Assembly (NCBI GenBank): GCA_016187335.1
Contig: JACPJW010000001.1
Location: forward strand, 671,159-735,158
DNA: 64,000 bases
DNA from: Candidatus Aenigmatarchaeota archaeon
Lineage (GTDB): Archaea; Aenigmatarchaeota; Aenigmatarchaeia; GW2011-AR5
Direction of reading: 5' to 3'
The notes below the pieces were generated by a model. The model saw nothing but the letters and a program-made list of their open reading frames with translations, was not told where the DNA came from and did not search any database. Shown here piece after piece: positions 62,093-64,000 of the stretch. The position numbers and the translations under genes were made by a program. Every line of letters starts with the position of its first letter. Positions within the stretch are counted from its first letter, which is position 1.

Positions 62093-62671
62093 GCAATGTG
62101 TTTTCTCTGTTTCCAGGATTAAATGCATAACAGCCTCTTTTTGTTGGGCTGCGTCCACTACTATGGGGAGAATGCAAAGGGACTCGAAGACCCGAGTTAG
62201 CTGAGCGCGCACTTGCGCGTAAAACGCAATGGCGGCTTTCCAATCGGATGGTTTGCTGAAAATGGATGTTCTTCTAAGCGCGATATCAGGTACAATCTCC
62301 AGGAGGTACACAAGCGGCGCAAATTCAAGAACGTGGTCATAGATCTGTTTTTGATACTTGGCGGCTACCTCGATGTTGCGCACTCCGGCGTAGGCGAGAT
62401 TTCCGACGTGCCACGTTTCCACGAAGAATGGGCGTTGCTGCATGCGAAGCAGTATTTTGTCCCGTGCTAGCTCTCTCGACAAGACGACCTCGTCGAAGTG
62501 CGGGCCAAATGCCCAAGGCGGCTCGCACACACCAGAGCTGCGCTCGACATCCCCAGCGACTTCGGGGAAGAAAGCAAACCCCTTCCGTTCGAGGCAAAGG
62601 CCGGCAGTGGTCTTGCCGGAACCGTGGATGCCGACAAGCACGTGTGCCTTACTCGCCGCGACCACATGCAT
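62075..62671 (-). CDS. P-loop NTPase / nucleoside(-tide) kinase-like protein
   Basis: Walker A VGIHGSGKTT; about 198 aa. Confidence 0.5.
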   Translation of the reverse strand: MHVVAASKAHVLVGIHGSGKTTAGLCLERKGFAFFPEVAGDVERSSGVCEPPWAFGPHFDEVVLSRELARDKILLRMQQRPFFVETWHVGNLAYAGVRNIEVAAKYQKQIYDHVLEFAPLVYLLEIVPDIALRRTSIFSKPSDWKAAIAFYAQVRAQLTRVFESLCILPIVVDAAQQKEAVMHLILETEKTHCKMPLV

Positions 62672-62761
62672 TCCTGCTCGTTACGGGTTCACTTCTTCGC
62701 TTTGATGCCTGGTTCATGTGGCACGTCGCGGATTCATCAGTGAGCCCCCAGAGCCCATAGA

Positions 62762-63361
62762 TCATTTCGCGTGGTGCGCTGTTGACATGTCGCCGACGGC
62801 AGAGTAGACTCGGCCGGCCTTCACCAGATCTCGGTACGGAATGTTGATCTGAGGGCACTCGTGGATTCCCAGGAGGTGTGCGATTTCGTCATTCTTGCGC
62901 GTGCCATCAGTCGGTGAATACGCGAAGGTTTCTATCTCCACGAACCAACCCAGAGGCTCGACCATATCGAGAGCTACGATGCTGTCTAGGTCAGCCCTGA
63001 AAACCAAACGATGCTTCTTGACCGCAACGTATTCGACGAAGTCTAACTGCCTGAGCATCAGGCGGATCTTATCGCTCTGACCGGTTATGTCCACGTTAAT
63101 TTCCTGTTTCCAATACTGGCCACGCTCGCGCATTGCTCTTGAGGTGGGGGGCTTCCACGTGACTTGCTCAAACGTAGGCGTAATGCGAACCCTGAGACAT
63201 TCCTCCGTCTTGATGAAGTCGTTGTGCTTTGATGTATAGTATATGTCTTCCTGGTCCTCCCGCTCAGTTTGTTTCCATCCCAATTCAGCGAGTTTTGCCA
63301 TTAACGAACTGGCATCTGCTCCAACGTACAACTTCATCTCAATTTCTTTTCTGTTTGCCAT
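62762..63361 (-). CDS. CYTH-domain protein (triphosphate tunnel metalloenzyme / class IV adenylyl cyclase-like)
   Basis: N-terminal EIEMK (ExExK) motif and alternating beta-strand charged residues. Confidence 0.65.
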   Translation of the reverse strand: MANRKEIEMKLYVGADASSLMAKLAELGWKQTEREDQEDIYYTSKHNDFIKTEECLRVRITPTFEQVTWKPPTSRAMRERGQYWKQEINVDITGQSDKIRLMLRQLDFVEYVAVKKHRLVFRADLDSIVALDMVEPLGWFVEIETFAYSPTDGTRKNDEIAHLLGIHECPQINIPYRDLVKAGRVYSAVGDMSTAHHAK

Positions 63362-63374
63362 TGATTACCATCTC

Positions 63375-64000
63375 CTAAGACTGTGGTTGGTTGGGATTCG
63401 GGGGCTCTTGATAGGCTGCGTTGCGGAATACCGCAAACTGGTATATCCCGCGGATTGTGTTCATTTCAAACAGGTTCGCTTTCTCCGTGGTGCCAGTTAG
63501 TGCAGCGAACTCATTCCGGCTTAGGAAGTGCCGACCGGCGTCGCGTAGGAACTTCAGGTAGTAGCGGTGCCGCACTCTCCCCCACGTGCTTTCGAACTGT
63601 GGGTCCATAATTTCGATAATGCACGATATCTTGCCGACTCGGATCACTTCATTAATCAGGGTCTTGACGGCGCGCACGTTCTCCATGTGATGTAGTACAT
63701 TCTTGCAGAGCACAAAGTCGAAGTGGTTGTCACCAAATGGGAGGCGTCGCGCGTCATGATTAGTAAACAGGATGAATGAGCTGATATTGCGGAACGTAGG
63801 GCTACTAAATCGTTCGCTCATGAGCTTGATCTGGCTCCACGACACATCGTTTCCGACCACTAGCCGCACACCGGGTAGCTGTGTAAACCTGAGAACGGCG
63901 GTATTCTCGCCGCACGCTACGTCAAGTATCGTGTCATGCTTGCACGCCTGCGTGATTTCGAGGATCTTGGCTTCTAGATCCTGGATCGAGTGCTGGAAGT
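63375..64000 (-). CDS. Class I SAM-dependent methyltransferase (5' end beyond the window)
   Basis: The frame stays open to base 64000. Motif I ILDVACGEN; VLCKNVLHHMEN. Confidence 0.65.
   Translation of the reverse strand, partial: FQHSIQDLEAKILEITQACKHDTILDVACGENTAVLRFTQLPGVRLVVGNDVSWSQIKLMSERFSSPTFRNISSFILFTNHDARRLPFGDNHFDFVLCKNVLHHMENVRAVKTLINEVIRVGKISCIIEIMDPQFESTWGRVRHRYYLKFLRDAGRHFLSRNEFAALTGTTEKANLFEMNTIRGIYQFAVFRNAAYQEPPNPNQPQS

Noticed and set aside
61866-62243. 125-aa minus-strand ORF across the GC-rich interval
   Set aside because: Arg/Ser/Gly/Ala-rich translation with no start context. It overlaps the 3' end of the kinase-like gene and the structured-RNA candidate, so it is judged a GC-driven spurious ORF.

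Overview
Archaeal chromosomal window. Evidence for this: RNA polymerase subunits H, B, A' and A''; aIF2-gamma, aIF5B, aEF-1alpha, aEF-2; r-proteins S6e, S7, S10, S12, L30e, L40e; RFC small subunit; DGGGP synthase. The multi-intron tRNAs, small tightly packed genes and many orphan ORFs suggest a DPANN-like (for example Micrarchaeota-like) or TACK-like lineage, but that is only inference. All calls come from motif recognition by eye and no searches were run. The backbone is the conserved minus-strand supercluster tRNA-Asp, tRNA-Lys, rpoH, rpoB, [orphan], rpoA1, rpoA2 (with intein), rpl30e, nusA / rps12, rps7, fusA, tuf, rps10. It is flanked by translation factors and housekeeping genes (trxB, sod, pyrH, htpX, ndk, rfcS). 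Main observations: (1) At 2.4-10.1 kb, a dense cluster of membrane or secreted Cys-, Met- and His-rich proteins around ccdA. It includes a triple-CxxC thioredoxin-like/cupredoxin fusion and an unannotated 44-aa peptide with 8 Cys. I read it as a candidate undescribed envelope copper/thiol-redox system. (2) A 107-aa orphan gene translationally coupled between rpoB and rpoA1. (3) Four tRNA genes carrying ten introns in total, at D-loop, 29/30, 37/38 and T-loop positions. Related intron-like sequence modules also occur in intergenic DNA, and a dispersed short hairpin family is present. (4) A GCS2 + two ATP-grasp + amidohydrolase cluster. (5) An Ndk-PIN fusion next to a vapBC pair. (6) A roughly 440-nt ORF-free structured RNA, possibly RNase P RNA. 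(7) A switch-like set of mutually exclusive inverted repeats upstream of a DHFR-like gene. No rRNA, CRISPR array, transposase or integrase was seen.
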